Source of the DNA: Rhynchobatus australiae
Lineage: Eukaryota
Assembly (NCBI GenBank): GCA_034780895.1
Contig: JAUZTB010000077.1
Location: forward strand, 16,940,683 to 17,004,682
DNA: 64,000 nucleotides
Direction of reading: 5' to 3'
Under the pieces are notes generated by a model, which did not search any database, had not been told where the DNA came from, and saw only the letters and a list, made by a program, of their open reading frames with translations. The position numbers were made by a program, and so were the translations under genes. Positions 11,251-24,278 of this stretch are shown here, one piece after another (position 1 is the stretch's first letter; every line of letters begins with the position of its first letter).

Positions 11251-13769
11251 TTCCTCAAAAGCTTATCTGGTTATGATTAAATATCAACAATTAGTATGTA
11301 GTATTACAAACGATAACTCCTATTTTAGTTATACCAGTCTTCTAATTGTGGCTGAAATGTTGTTGCTTTCATCTGGATGATTTCCCTCCTATTTTTCCCC
11401 CCATATTCCTGTCCCTAAGACATTTTCTTTGATTATTAGTAGGTCCAAGTGTTTTAAAGCCCATCCCTGTTGCATGTATGAGATCCTTTCAGTTACATTG
11501 CAGAATTGTGCATTTTATTGTTTCGATTGCAATACATTCCAAGTGGATCAAATAATCTTGGATCAAAAAATGAAATTCAACCAATGGCCTCTGCAATGAC
11601 CAGTGGATTTAATCAATGTATATGGTTCTATGGTGGCTGCTTGACTGGATGCACATATTAACCATTGACATTTGCACAAAAACATTATTCCAAAAATTTT
11701 AGTTGTACCTATGAACTGTGACCAAGTATTTTGTAAGGAGTGTAGGTCATGTGGAAATTGATGTCTAGTATCATGGTGTAGGTTTCAATTATTACATATG
11801 CTGCCTGCTAATTGCATGGTATTCGATAAAAAATTATATTAGGAAATACAAGTAATAGAAGGATGTTTGTGCTGCATTTAAGATGTGATGCACTTTCCTA
11901 TGTGCGCGGGTGTGTGAGGCATATTATGGGCTGTATCTCTTATGGTGTTGCTGACATTTGTTCAATAGATACTGTTCAATTGCAATAACCACCATGTTAA
12001 ATACTCTTAAAATTTCCACACAATGCTCCTAAATACCATTGCCATCTCCAGCAGTTAAAAATGTTTTAATGCTCTTAAAGTTCCTGAAACTTCAGTATCA
12101 CTGTTGCCCTTGTGAATACCATGTGATTCAATAGGCCAATGGTTTAGGGTACTGAATAAGCCAAACTAAATTTCATTCCTTAATTTTTTTTGGGGAGGGA
12201 TTTTCTGGGATTTTTAACCAATTTTGGAACAACGTACTATATTCTATGTTTCTGTCAAAACTATAAATCAGTGGAATTTATTATTGTATGTAATTGCCTT
12301 CATTGCTTAAAGCCAAGGATATTCAGCAAATATTAGATACCACATACAATATCTTAGACAGTCATCCTGGCCTGGTGTTTGCACCTAATTGTAATACGTT
12401 GGTAATTTTGGCGTGAGACTGACTTAATCAGTGAAAAAGTCAGGGAATTTTGTAAGTGAATCGCATTCAGTGCTTATTGAATTGGCACAAGGTTAGTTAA
12501 ATAAACACTTCAAGAGCAACAGTTCCACCCATAAAATCAGCCACGTCTCCCAGCGTGAACTAACGTCTTTTTGGAATTCCCGCTAATTGTGCTCATTTTC
12601 AGGCACTCAACAAAGAACAAAACAAAATTAAGCTGCATCTTTTATTCACAAAAATATTAAACTGGATTTTAGAAGTTTTTTAAAGTCATATGCAGAAAAT
12701 TCAGTAAAAAAAAATTGATCACTGTACCCCAGTATAACAAAGAAATAGTTTGCTTTTTTTAAAATTATTATTTCAAATTGGGTTACTCATTAGTGAGGGA
12801 TAAAAGATTATTAAAATGCATATTTTTGTATATCCTATTAAACAAGCATTACAATCTCTACCCAAGTCAATCATGGAACATTTTGCTTAGCATTTTAAAA
12901 ACGTAGTTTTAAGATATTCCCTAGTTCGTGAAGGGTTAAGCAAATAGGTCACTTGGAAGTTTGAAAGTGGAGGAGATATTTTTCAAAGCAGCTACAATTT
13001 TGGACAGAAATTCTGTGCCCAAACTAGAAACTCCATCCCACCTGAACTTTAGGCACACCTGGATTTTTGCAGAATGGTCAATGGGAGTTATCGTCACAGG
13101 GCTGTGTGAAACTGTGTACATTAGAAAGTATGGCCCAGGTAATGTTGCAAGTGCTGAGGATATAGTTTGATCTGTTTGATGTTTGCTTACTCACTACAGT
13201 TGGGTGAATAAGTAGCTTAATCACCTGCTATACTTTTCAAAGATGTTGTTTGGAAACAGATTTGGTTATTCATAAAGTAGCACAAAATGGTCCCCAAATG
13301 GTCTGAAGTATGCTGTGATGATTGAATTTTTTTAAATTTACTGTGTAGTGTTCCTTAGGCTGCCTCCTGACATGCCATCTTCCAGATTTTTTTGAATAGC
13401 AAACTTTTATGTCTTTGAAATGGGTAGCCAATTGAGGGGGAAAGAACTGATGGGTAAAACCACTAATCAGGCAAAATGGTTGCGTGTTAGGTGCACAGCA
13501 GACATGAAGGTGACTGATTTTGACAATGCAATTTACATTGTTTTACTGTATAAAACTATAGCACTGGGTGCTGAACTAATTTGCTTCGAATTGGGTTGTT
13601 TGTCTCAGCCCCATCTAACTATGCAATCTATCAGGAGCTATTTTCAAATATCAGTTTTCAAATGTGCCCTTGAGAGGAGGAATTTATTGGGATTATATAT
13701 AACAATTATTTCAATAACTTCATTGAAACAACAATTATTGAATCATACAAATGTCAGTAATTCTGTTAC

Positions 13770-14290
13770 GCAAAACTAATGAATTAGGCTAGCTTTCTGA
13801 TTTTCTTGCGGAAATGACAGCAGATTTGTTTTAAAGTAAGGGGGTTAGCTGACAGTGTATTGTTGTGCTCTTATTTCCAGTTATAAATGGGCCAGTCAAT
13901 TAGTTGTCTCATTGCTTGTACTTGTTTAATTTATTTTGGTTGGCCTTATCTTAAATTTAAAGAAAAAGCTATAGCAGATGGACACCTTGCAATTGTTTAT
14001 TGGTAGCTTCAGACTACATAGCAAACAAAGGCCATTAAGTACCTATTATTTTTACGCCGAGGGTACATTTTTCATTCCTTTTCTCTGATGAATTTTCAAT
14101 TCTACATCCTAGTGTAGGTAATTAATTGCTTTCAGTTCAGAGGAGTAATAATGCAATAAATTACACTGGTATTTCTTGTCAGGAGAGGATCATATTGCTG
14201 CTTCCGTGGTAAAGCAGGGCTAATGATGATCTACCGAGAGTCATGAGGGTAAAAAAAATTACCAGGAATTAACCATTAATTCTACAGTGT
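13770..14290. promoter_or_regulatory. Candidate conserved non-coding element (enhancer-like)
   Basis: Repeat-free block with taatgaatta, tgacag x2 (MEIS-type), aacaaagg (SOX), tgtttat (FOX) and taattaattg. Inference only. Confidence 0.45.
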
Positions 14291-15398
14291 TTTTCACTGA
14301 AGGATGCATGGGTAGTATGCGACATTGTGGATATTATTTAGTTGAAAATAAAGATTTTGAGTAATTTTCACTTTCAAAGAAATATCTTGACTGGTAATAG
14401 ATGTTGGTGGAAGACCTTGTTATGTGTAGCAATGAGCTTTTGTTTTTTTTAGATTGTGTACAAGACATTATACAAAATCTATTCCAGTACATTGTAATCT
14501 TACTGTCCTTTATGCTAAGTTGTTCTGTCTACTTGCTAACTAGTGATCTCCTTCAATTTAAATTTTTCTGAGCTATTTTCATCTTATTGGATTTGAGGTT
14601 TAGGTCCATTTTCATTCAAACCAAAAGCTCAGAAGTTAAAATAATAAGTGAGAACTGAATTCTGAATGGCATTTATATCTGTTCATGGCCTCTAAATGTT
14701 TGATTTGCATAACTAGTTAAAATGATATCAGAGCAGCATATTGATTTAATTCCATCTTTGAAAACTGTTAATTAATAATGATAATAAATGTGTCAGGTCT
14801 TTATTATCTGCTTTGAATTGGTGATGATGGCTGTATTAGGTCTTTCGGTAATAGACTGCAGCTGGTGCAGGATCGGTTGTAAATGAATGGCTGCAAATAA
14901 AACGTGGCTCCCTTGATGTGGGAAGCAGTGTGGAGGAGTGGTCAGAAAACCGAGGACAGCCACGGACCTTGGCATTGCTGACTATTAACCAGTGAATGAT
15001 AATATACGTCCGTCAGGAATCTATCTTCAACCAAACAAGCAGACAGCCTAGAAACTCGGAATGAACAAAAACGATCATCTGGGTTTGATACTCAAGTACA
15101 ATAATTTTATATGGAAAATATAATGACCAAACTNNNNNNNNNNNNNNNNNNNNNNNNNNNNNNNNNNNNNNNNNNNNNNNNNNNNNNNNNNNNNNNNNNN
15201 NNNNNNNNNNNNNNNNNNNNNNNNNNNNNNNNNNNNNNNNNNNNNNNNNNNNNNNNNNNNNNNNNNNNNNNNNNNNNNNNNNNNNNNNNNNNNNNNNNNN
15301 NNNNNNNNNNNNNNNNNNNNNNNNNNNNNNNNNNNNNNNNNNNNNNNNNNNNNNNNNNNNNNNNNNNNNNNNNNNNNNNNNNNNNNNNNNNNNNNNNN

Positions 15399-15535
15399 GT
15401 GGAGAAACTTGCCCCTCGGGTCTCTTTTCAATCTATCCCCTCTCACCTTAAACCCATGCCCTCCTGGATTGGGGCCCTACCCTGGGGAAGAGACTTTGGC
15501 TATCCACCTTATCCATGTTCCTCATGATTTTATAA
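15399..15535 (-). mobile_element. CR1 ORF2 C-terminal fragment
   Basis: 'aaacttgcccctcgggtctcttttcaatctatcccctctcaccttaaaccc..cctcatgattttataaacct' is the reverse complement of the CR1 3' region. Confidence 0.85.
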
Positions 15536-15652
15536 ACCTAAAATGAACAAAGAAGATTGTCTGGGTTTTAATACTCCAATGCAACATAAGTTTTAAATTT
15601 TATATGGGAAATGTAATGACTAAATTTGCTTAATAAAGCGTAGATACATTTC

Positions 15653-16060
15653 TACACTTCCTGCTCCCTCGGGAAAGCAGCCAACGTAATCAAAGACCCC
15701 TCCCACACTGGACATTCTCTCTTCTTCCCCCTCTCATCAGGCAGAAGATACAAAAGCTTGAGAACATGTACCATCAGGATCAATGACAGCTTCTATCCCG
15801 CTTTTATAAAACTCTTGAACGGACCTTTTGTACGATAAAGACGAACTCTTGATCTCTCAATCGACCCTCTTGTGACCCCTGCACCTTATTTGTCCACCTG
15901 CACTGCACTTTCTCTGTAACTGTAACACTGTATTTTGCATTCTTTTTTTTTCATTTTGTTCTACCTCAATGTACTTGTGTATGGAGTGATCTGTCTGGAT
16001 GGCATGCAGAGCTTTTCAACGTACCTCCGTACGTGTGATATAAATAATCCAATTACCAGT
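15653..16060 (+). mobile_element. Rex1/Babar LINE 3' fragment
   Basis: 'gcagccaacgtaatcaaagacccctcccac' and the 3' UTR are near-identical to 57990-58350. Confidence 0.9.
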
Positions 16061-17899
16061 TACATAATGACTATGCTTCCAGCACAGTACGAAACTAAAT
16101 CTTGAAACCATGCACGAGAACTTCACTGAGATTTTCTGTTGAGTTTTTGTGGGGGAATAAATCCTTATTGAAATCCTTCAGTCCATTAAACTGTGTCATC
16201 TGTATATTGGATGTAAAGGTTCTTTTAGAATAGAATAACCTTGCCACCAAAATTAAGTGACTATGGTTTAATTGTGGGTTTGTAAATTACCTTGGAATTT
16301 AAAATACTTCCTGGCTGTTAATTCTCAGGGCAAAGAAGTATAAAACGTTAGCAATACCGTGTTATCTCTGTCGATGTAGGTAACAATGAAATGGACCATT
16401 GCACAGCTTGTTTGTTATGTAGTCATGACGGAAATGGCAGGCTGCATACTTCACCATTTTCCAATGGCTGGGTTTACTGGCGGGATAAATGGACCTGGGT
16501 GGAGTTGGATAAGAAGGAGAGAGAAACGATGGAAGGAGAAGTGANNNNNNNNNNNNNNNNNNNNNNNNNNNNNNNNNNNNNNNNNNNNNNNNNNNNNNNN
16601 NNNNNNNNNNNNNNNNNNNNNNNNNNNNNNNNNNNNNNNNNNNNNNNNNNNNNNNNNNNNNNNNNNNNNNNNNNNNNNNNNNNNNNNNNNNNNNNNNNNN
16701 NNNNNNNNNNNNNNNNNNNNNNNNNNNNNNNNNNNNNNNNNNNNNNNNNNNNNNNNNNNNNNNNNNNNNNNNNNNNNNNNNNNNNNNNNNNNNNNNNNNN
16801 NNNNNNNNNNNNNNNNNNNNNNNNNNNNNNNNNNNNNNNNNNNNNNNNNNNNNNNNNNNNNNNNNNNNNNNNNNNNNNNNNNNNNNNNNNNNNNNNNNNN
16901 NNNNNNNNNNNNNNNNNNNNNNNNNNNNNNNNNNNNNNNNNNNNNNNNNNNNNNNNNNNNNNNNNNNNNNNNNNNNNNNNNNNNNNNNNNNNNNNNNNNN
17001 NNNNNNNNNNNNNNNNNNNNNNNNNNNNNNNNNNNNNNNNNNNNNNNNNNNNNNNNNNNNNNNNNNNNNNNNNNNNNNNNNNNNNNNNNNNNNNNNNNNN
17101 NNNNNNNNNNNNNNNNNNNNNNNNNNNNNNNNNNNNNNNNNNNNNNNNNNNNNNNNNNNNNNNNNNNNNNNNNNNNNNNNNNNNNNNNNNNNNNNNNNNN
17201 NNNNNNNNNNNNNNNNNNNNNNNNNNNNNNNNNNNNNNNNNNNNNNNNNNNNNNNNNNNNNNNNNNNNNNNNNNNNNNNNNNNNNNNNNNNNNNNNNNNN
17301 NNNNNNNNNNNNNNNNNNNNNNNNNNNNNNNNNNNNNNNNNNNNNNNNNNNNNNNNNNNNNNNNNNNNNNNNNNNNNNNNNCCAGGAGAGAAAGAAAGAA
17401 CTGTATTACTGAAAGATTGACAAGAGTTTAATGCAAAGAGAATACAAGGGGCTGTTGGCCAAGAGGTTAAGCAACTAAGTCCACTCCACAGTAACAGTTG
17501 GCCAAGTACCCACAGGCAGAGCCAGTTTCTTGCTTTCAGTTCTTTTGCAGCTTGGTCTAGATCCAAACTCAACACCTTAATTTTTTTTTCACATTTTAAT
17601 TAGCTTTTTTGACACTCCTAACTTCAGCTTCAATCTTGTCATTCCCAAGAGGGGAGGAACAAAAATAGGTACTCTGCCTGCAAAATCCCTAATCCTTGAA
17701 TACTCTTGGACCTTCCTGTTCTTGCTGCCATCTGAGGCCTGATTCCCTTACAGGTTTCCATTGTGCATCCGTTGTTATTCTCCAAGGAACCCATCACAAT
17801 ACTTACTGGTGTCTTCTGAGCAGTAATCCCAATTGCTCCTTTGTGTTCTCTCACTGACTCTCTTGGCCATTGTGATCACTCAGCAAGGGGAACAGAGTG

Positions 17900-18270
17900 C
17901 TGATCTTGCTAAGCTCTTCCGGGAAGATGTCGTTATTAGCACTGGACTTGAATACTCCCCCACCGCACACATGGCTGGATATCCTTGTTGTCCCCTGTAT
18001 AAACTTGAGATCATTCACAACTCTGCTGCCTGTGTTCTCACACCCAACACCCTTTGTCTCCCTGCCATGCACTGACTCCTGGTTAAGCAAGGCCTTAATT
18101 TGCAAGTTCTTGGACCTAGTTTTCAAATGGCTTCATGGACATAGAATAGTGCAGTCTCCTCAAGCACCGAGGTATCTGTTTCAAGAATCTAAACTCTTAA
18201 ATGCCCCCTCATATGTGGTAAGTGCCTCAGCTGCCAAAATTCTAAACTCTGCAATTCCCTTCCTTAGTCT
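17900..18270 (+). mobile_element. L2 LINE ORF2 C-terminal fragment, degraded
   Basis: 'LEYS...AGYP...LYKLEIIHNSAACVLT' resembles L2 'LDY.N.LL.G.P...L..LQ..QN.AAR'. Confidence 0.7.
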
Positions 18271-18274
18271 TGGG

Positions 18275-19000
18275 GGCACAAGAGACTGCAGATGCTGGAA
18301 TCTGGAGCAACAAACAATCTGCTGGAGGAACTCAGCGGGCCGAGCAGCTTCTGTGGGGAGAGAGGAATTGTCAGTGTTTCGGGTCAAAACCCTGCACCAG
18401 GATGCCTGTAATTCCCCTGATCTCCCCACTCCTCCTGCAGATCTTATCTCTTGGGTCAACCATAGTTCAGTAGCACATTGTCCTCTAAACCCAGTGGGTT
18501 GACAGGTTGGAGACTGCTCATGAACAGCAAATTCTCAGACTTGAGTTAACTGCTCCCCCTCTCTCCTGATCCACCAGTCTCTCTCTCCCTCTCCCTCTCC
18601 CTCTCCCTCTCCCTCTCCCTCTCTCTCCCTCTCCACCTGCCCATCACCCACACACTCCTCCCACCGGTTCTGCGCCTCACCTCTGTCCCTAAATTCCATG
18701 CTCTACCTTCTACTCCTATCAGGTTCCATCAGCTTCAGCCCTTTGTCATTTCCACCTATCACCTCCCAGCTTCTGACATCACTCCCATGCTCCCCCCTCC
18801 CCTTCATCAGCCTATCACCACCTCCCCCACTCATCTGGATCCACCTATCACCTCCCAGCTCTTGCCCCACCCCTTCCCTCCATCCCTTTATACTCTCTTT
18901 CTTTCAGTCCAGATGAAAGGTCTTGACCCGACACACTGACTGTCCATTTCCCTCCATGGATGCTGCCTGACCCGCTGAGTTCCTCCAGCACTTTGTTTTC
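18275..19000. mobile_element. Penelope-like element remnant: inverted terminal repeats around a pyrimidine-rich 3' segment
   Basis: Repeat 'cacaagagactgcagatgctggaatc..ggaactcagcggg' at 18277-18404, inverted partner at 18905-18995, and C/T-rich 3'-UTR-like sequence at 18550-18900. Confidence 0.75.
18578..18634 (+). repeat. (CTCTCC)n simple repeat
   Basis: Directly visible tandem hexamer. Confidence 0.95.
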
Positions 19001-19319
19001 ATAACGATCTTGAAGGTGCATTTATTTTGCATTCCATTAGAGAACAAAATGTTTTATCCTTTCAACGTGCAGTACAGATTGGCTGAATAGTGAGCTGCTG
19101 TCAGTTAATGGCTGATTCAAGGACCAGGGGCATGTATTCAAAGTGACAGACAAGAGGTACAATGGGACACGTGTGGAAACAGAATAGCAACAGAAGCACA
19201 TTGGAGTCAAGAGACTCTCCTGACTTGCCAAGGCCTTTCCATTATCTATGAGGCATGCCATGGAGTCACAGAGTCATACAGTACACAAACAGGCCCTTCA
19301 GTTCACCACGACCATGACA

Positions 19320-19800
19320 ACCAGTCAGATGTAAGATGGAATGCTTTCTACTTCTCTGGGTGACACAGCTCCAGCAACATTGGAAGTTTGACCCCATCAA
19401 GGAGAAAACATTCTCTGCCACCCTAAACATTCACCCTCTCTACCACTGTTCTGGCTGTGGGGTTGCACCATCTACGGTGTGGATCATCTCAGCTACTCCG
19501 AAAGCACCTCCCGGAGCAGCAATCTCCACCACCCAAATAGGATGAAGGCAGCAGCCATATGGGAACGTCGCCACCTGACAGGTTCCCCTCCAAGTCGTTC
19601 ACCATCCTGTGCTGGAAATACAGCACCATTCCTTCGCTGGCTCTCAGTCCTGGACTTCCCACCACGAGGTCACGGTGGGAGTCCTTTCACCAGAAGGACT
19701 GCAGCAGTGTAAGGTGGTGACTCATCACCAGCTTCTGGAGGACAATCAGGGATGGGCAATAAATGCTGTTCTTGCCAGTGCCGCCCACCTATCCAAAAAA
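19320..19800 (+). mobile_element. LINE 3' fragment (second CR1-group family)
   Basis: 'ggttcccctccaagtc..caccatcctg..ggaaata..gggatgggcaataaatgctg' is complementary to 29320-29700. Confidence 0.8.
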
Positions 19801-20754
19801 ATGAACTTTAAGTATGGCGGTAACTGCTTCAGCCTCGGCTCTGTGAAGGGAGTTGGGTTGGCGCCTGAGTGAAAATAATTTGCAGGGTTACAGGGCAACT
19901 TGGGGATTGGACCCAGTGGATTGCTTGACAAAGACCCAGCGTTGACATATAGGATGGAATGGCTTCTGCCTATACCATCATGAATCTGAGTCCAAAGTGC
20001 TTTTGCAGCTTAGTGGCTTGCTTTTATTTTGCTCAGCACTTTTATTACTGCTTTACAGTAAACATCCAAAAATTTAAGAATTCCCATTTCCTGTCATTAG
20101 TGTCAAGACGGTGCAACCATAGGTCCCCTTCAAATGAATTAAACNNNNNNNNNNNNNNNNNNNNNNNNNNNNNNNNNNNNNNNNNNNNNNNNNNNNNNNN
20201 NNNNNNNNNNNNNNNNNNNNNNNNNNNNNNNNNNNNNNNNNNNNNNNNNNNNNNNNNNNNNNNNNNNNNNNNNNNNNNNNNNNNNNNNNNNNNNNNNNNN
20301 NNNNNNNNNNNNNNNNNNNNNNNNNNNNNNNNNNNNNNNNNNNNNNNNNNNNNNNNNNNNNNNNNGTGAGTATTCCATGAGTTTAAAATATACTTTTAAA
20401 AATGCCATTGGCAATGAATTGAAATGATCGGCAAAGGTCTCTCTTGTTCCATCTCTCAGTTTGCTTCTATGGTATCTAGTGGCTCCAGTAAGACTGAAGG
20501 TTTCTATGATGCATTCATCTTCCTTATAGTTTTTTTGTTCTGGGTTCTATTGCATAACGTTGACTGTTTAAATTGTGAAGTGGTAAAGTTAAATTCAATT
20601 ATTTGCTGTGTTAAATATTTATCTATATTTTAATTCCATCAATTATTTCCTGGACTGTAAATATTATAACTGCTATGCTATTGCAGACAATAGTTTAACA
20701 GCTGGGTGTAAAACTTAGGAAACACAAAGTTCAAATGGCAAATACAATGAAACT

Positions 20755-21735
20755 TAGATCTGAATTCTTTGAAGTTTAGAAGAATGAGGGATGATCTTAT
20801 TGAAACACAAACCCGAATGGGGCACGTGTATTGTGGAGGGCCGAGGCTGTCACGTGACAGCATGGCCCAGCACCTGGTCGAAAGATACCACCACTGTCAA
20901 TCGAGGCTTGGCTCCACCCCACCCATCAGGGCACACCTGATGATTGGCCTCTGTATGCACCTTTGTACCTGGCCTCGGGCCATTGGCCTGCTTGAACTAC
21001 CTGGGTTGCCCATGTGTTGGTTCTGCCTCCTTTTTGCCCCGGAGGAATTGTGGAACAGTGCTGAAGAGACTGCTGGTAAGCTGTGCCCTTCAACAGGGTT
21101 GTAAGCATTTTAAGTTAGGATTCCTGGTGGTGTGGAGTCGTGTCTGCACTGAGTTGAGGGATGGCAGGTAGTGTGGTACTTTTCCTTAGTTGTTTGTACC
21201 CAGTTCATTGTATGTGTGTGTGTGTGTGTGTATTTTACCCCATTGTGATTTTCCCACGCTCGCTATCACCAATGTGTGTATGTGTGTCGCCCCATTATCT
21301 ATTCCTGTGTTTACCTTTGTAAATAAATCATTTAATTCGAAGGCTGTGTTCAGAGTCCTTGTCCTTTGAGACCTTGGACTTGTCACACAACAGTATGACG
21401 GGGTAGATATTGAGAAGTTTCCACTAGTGGAAGAGTCTCGAGCAGGCTGACAGAGTTACAAAGTAAGGGGGTGCTCATTTAAAAGTGAGGTGCATAGGAA
21501 TTTCTTTTCCTATGAGTGTGGTGAATTTCTGGAATTCTTGGTCTCCAGAGTGCTGTGGAGGCTAAACCACTGCAGGTATTTAAAGGGGAGACAGATAAAT
21601 TTTCTGAAAGATCGGGGAATAGAAGGGCATGGGGAATTGGCACAAAAGAGGGCACGAGGCCAGGGTAAATCAGCCATGATCATATGGAATGGTGGATCAG
21701 ACTTGAGGGACCAGGTAACAAACTCCGATCTTCTG
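20755..21735 (+). mobile_element. CR1 3' fragment split by a solo LTR
   Basis: 'tttagaagaatgagggatgatcttattgaaac..gggc' resumes at 21393 as 'atgacggggtagat..tttccactagtggaagagtc'. Confidence 0.85.
20827..21392 (+). mobile_element. Solo LTR, 566 bp (Gypsy/BEL-like)
   Basis: TG...CA termini (tgtattgtg / cacacaaca), AATAAA at 21322-21327, 5-bp flanks gcacg / gtatg, and a clean interruption of a CR1. Confidence 0.8.
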
Positions 21736-23139
21736 GTGTGTTTTTGGTTATCAATGAGCATTTGCATTAACGAATGATTTTTGTGTGTGTGTTTTACAGG
21801 CCACTGTTTCGTCATGCAGCAGGGTTAGTATTTGTCTGGAGATGTAGCATCTGTGTGGCTGTGAAGTTTATCTTCTGTTTGGGGGATCAGAAGCAGCTAA
21901 CTTTGAATCCAGTAGTGGTGCAAGCATTTTGAAAGAAGTCTAACATTTAAAACTGCAAATGTTTTGTATGTACATGGAGGTTAAATAATGTAAGCAAGCC
22001 AATTTCAAGTTCAAAAACAGCGTTAATCAATAAGAGACGACTGTATTAGGATTGGGGAATTATCAATTTACTCTCATGGGAGAGGAGATTCCCTTTGCTA
22101 CAGCAGAAAATCAAATTTCCATGGTGGTATCAGTAGGAACTAAAGTCATAAAGCAAAGTTAAATTAGCTTGTTATTTGCATCTCATCCTCTTACTGGTAA
22201 AATGATTTTGAAAATCCTCACAACTAGAGATGCCCATGGATCAATGTTAGCTTAAACATGGCTGTCTGCTGCCTCAGGTGAAATTATACTACTATGGTTC
22301 CAAAGAATCATAAGATTGAAGGAATCACACATTTCACCTTCATTATATTATGTATTTTGCAGTCATACATACATGTTTAACAGGGAAATGTTTGTTTATT
22401 GAGCTTGAATGATGAATTTTACCAGTATGAGCAAGCAATATATTAGTTTGTATCTCTTATGTTTAATATTAGTTGGGAGCATTTACAATTATTTTAAGGC
22501 GCTACCACTTTAAGAATTGTGTCATATGACTCACTGCTCTGTTGTTGCAACAGTATTTAGCATGGAAAGTTGGACTCTAACTGGCTCCATGGAGAAAGCC
22601 ATTGAAAAAATGCTGTCCCAACACTAAGTTTCTTTTATTTAGTAAAGTACCTTTATTGTTGGTTTGAATTGCCAATTATTTTCCATTCTTTTTAAGAGAG
22701 TGATCCTGAAATGCAGTCAGGAGCCCACAATACCCAATTGCTCTTTCTTTTAATTATTTTCTTTCACTTGCATTTAACTGAGTGCATTGTAATTGCAATC
22801 ATGTGAACCAAATAAAATACACTTTCTAAGCTACAGAACAATGAAGAGTTGGTAGCAAAACTGGAATTTGTCTGTGGATGTGGTTCAAAGCAGGTACTGG
22901 TCTCAAAACAGTACTTCTGGCATTAGCTGCATTACGTTATGTACTTAATTGCAATCCTTCAAGGCACGCAGAATAAAAGGCTGCAGCTTTCTGGAAGGAT
23001 GGATCGTGGTTGAATGTGGGAAGTTAAAGTATAAAATGGCTTCTTTGTTGTAGTGGTGGGGAAAAAGAGGGCTTTTCTGTTTCTATCCTATCTTTTCAAT
23101 TAGGCAATGGCTGACGCATGATATGGGTGCACGTAAATT

Positions 23140-23520
23140 GGAGAAAAATCATTTAACTTGGCTAAATGAAACTGCTGACGGGTTTAAATCAAGCAAAGAT
23201 GGTTTGCACTGAAGACAGTTTTTTTTTAGTTCATTAGAAATGAGGCAGTGGACATTTTTGAAGAACCGATTGTAGCTGTTTTGTATGTACAAAGGCATAA
23301 AAGCTTCAGACAGGGGGATAATACATTTAAACAAGCAAACTGAAAACTTGCTGTGGTGAGGTGTCATTCCACTGCTGGGTCCCCACTCAAACCACAGAGC
23401 TTCATGAACGCACAGTAAGTGGAATAAATCTGCTCTAAACAAGTCCAAGGACCTCGGTCATTAAAACTGTAAATTACTGGATCAGCCTCCTCCCATTTAA
23501 AAGGAGCTTTTACAATTTGG
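23140..23520. promoter_or_regulatory. Candidate conserved non-coding element
   Basis: Repeat-free, with acaaagg (SOX), taaaca (FOX) and cattaa/aatta sites. Inference only. Confidence 0.3.
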
Positions 23521-23614
23521 AAATCTCTAAATTATGTTTTAAATATTCTTTTAGGTTATGTTTTTAAATTTGCTTAACCTTTTCTCTCTTTGTAATGACC
23601 GGAATCATTATCAT

Positions 23615-23670
23615 TAATTCTCTCTCCACAGATGCTGCCTGGATTTCCAGCCATTTTGTTTTTGTTTCCT
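23615..23670. mobile_element. Short Penelope-type terminal repeat fragment
   Basis: 'tctctctccacagatgctgcctgg'. Confidence 0.6.
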
Positions 23671-24260
23671 TCTCCTTCCTGACCTTATCCAACATTTATT
23701 TCTCCTTTTTATCTGATTTGACAACAGATTCAATATTCTAACTGGTGATCTTTCCAGTGTGGGCATTTACTTTTCTGTCCCCTCACTAATGCCATTTCTT
23801 GTCCTGACTGCTTAGATCCACGTGCTGTTTGGAGGATCCTGCACTGTTTCAACCTTGCCCTGTCAGCAGTGTGCCTTGGGAAGCATAATTAGCTTTAAAT
23901 AGATAAGGGTATATCTAACTCCAAATGGGAAGCCTGGCAGGTTTTTGAGCTCTTTGAGTTTCCTCAAGTTTCAAGATGGTCTCCTATGGAGCAGAAGCAC
24001 CTTTTATGGAGACACCTTGGAACAGCTTTACTCCTGTGAATGGGAGCATTGTGCGTATCTGACCAGTTTCCTTTGCCTCAGCTCCCATGTTTTTGCAAAG
24101 ATATTAGTTGTCATTGAGGAGACTGGAACAGGACTGTGACTGTTTACTAACATGGAATAAAAGAAATGTCTTCAATTTTTTAAAATTTACTTCCGAAATG
24201 CAATATTATTTGCGGATATAAAACACTTCCAGCTCTCAGAGTAAAAAGCCAGTTTAAAAC

Positions 24261-24278
24261 TGTGTGTGTGTGTGTGTG
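24261..24278 (+). repeat. (TG)9 microsatellite
   Basis: Directly visible. Confidence 0.95.

Noticed and set aside
17897-18502. 201-aa gap-free ORF
   Set aside because: A chimera of an L2 remnant and a Penelope-type repeat, not a gene.
21800-21823. 24-nt microexon-like segment (ttttacag|...agg|gttagt)
   Set aside because: Mediocre donor, adjacent to a CR1 end, and expected by chance in 64 kb.
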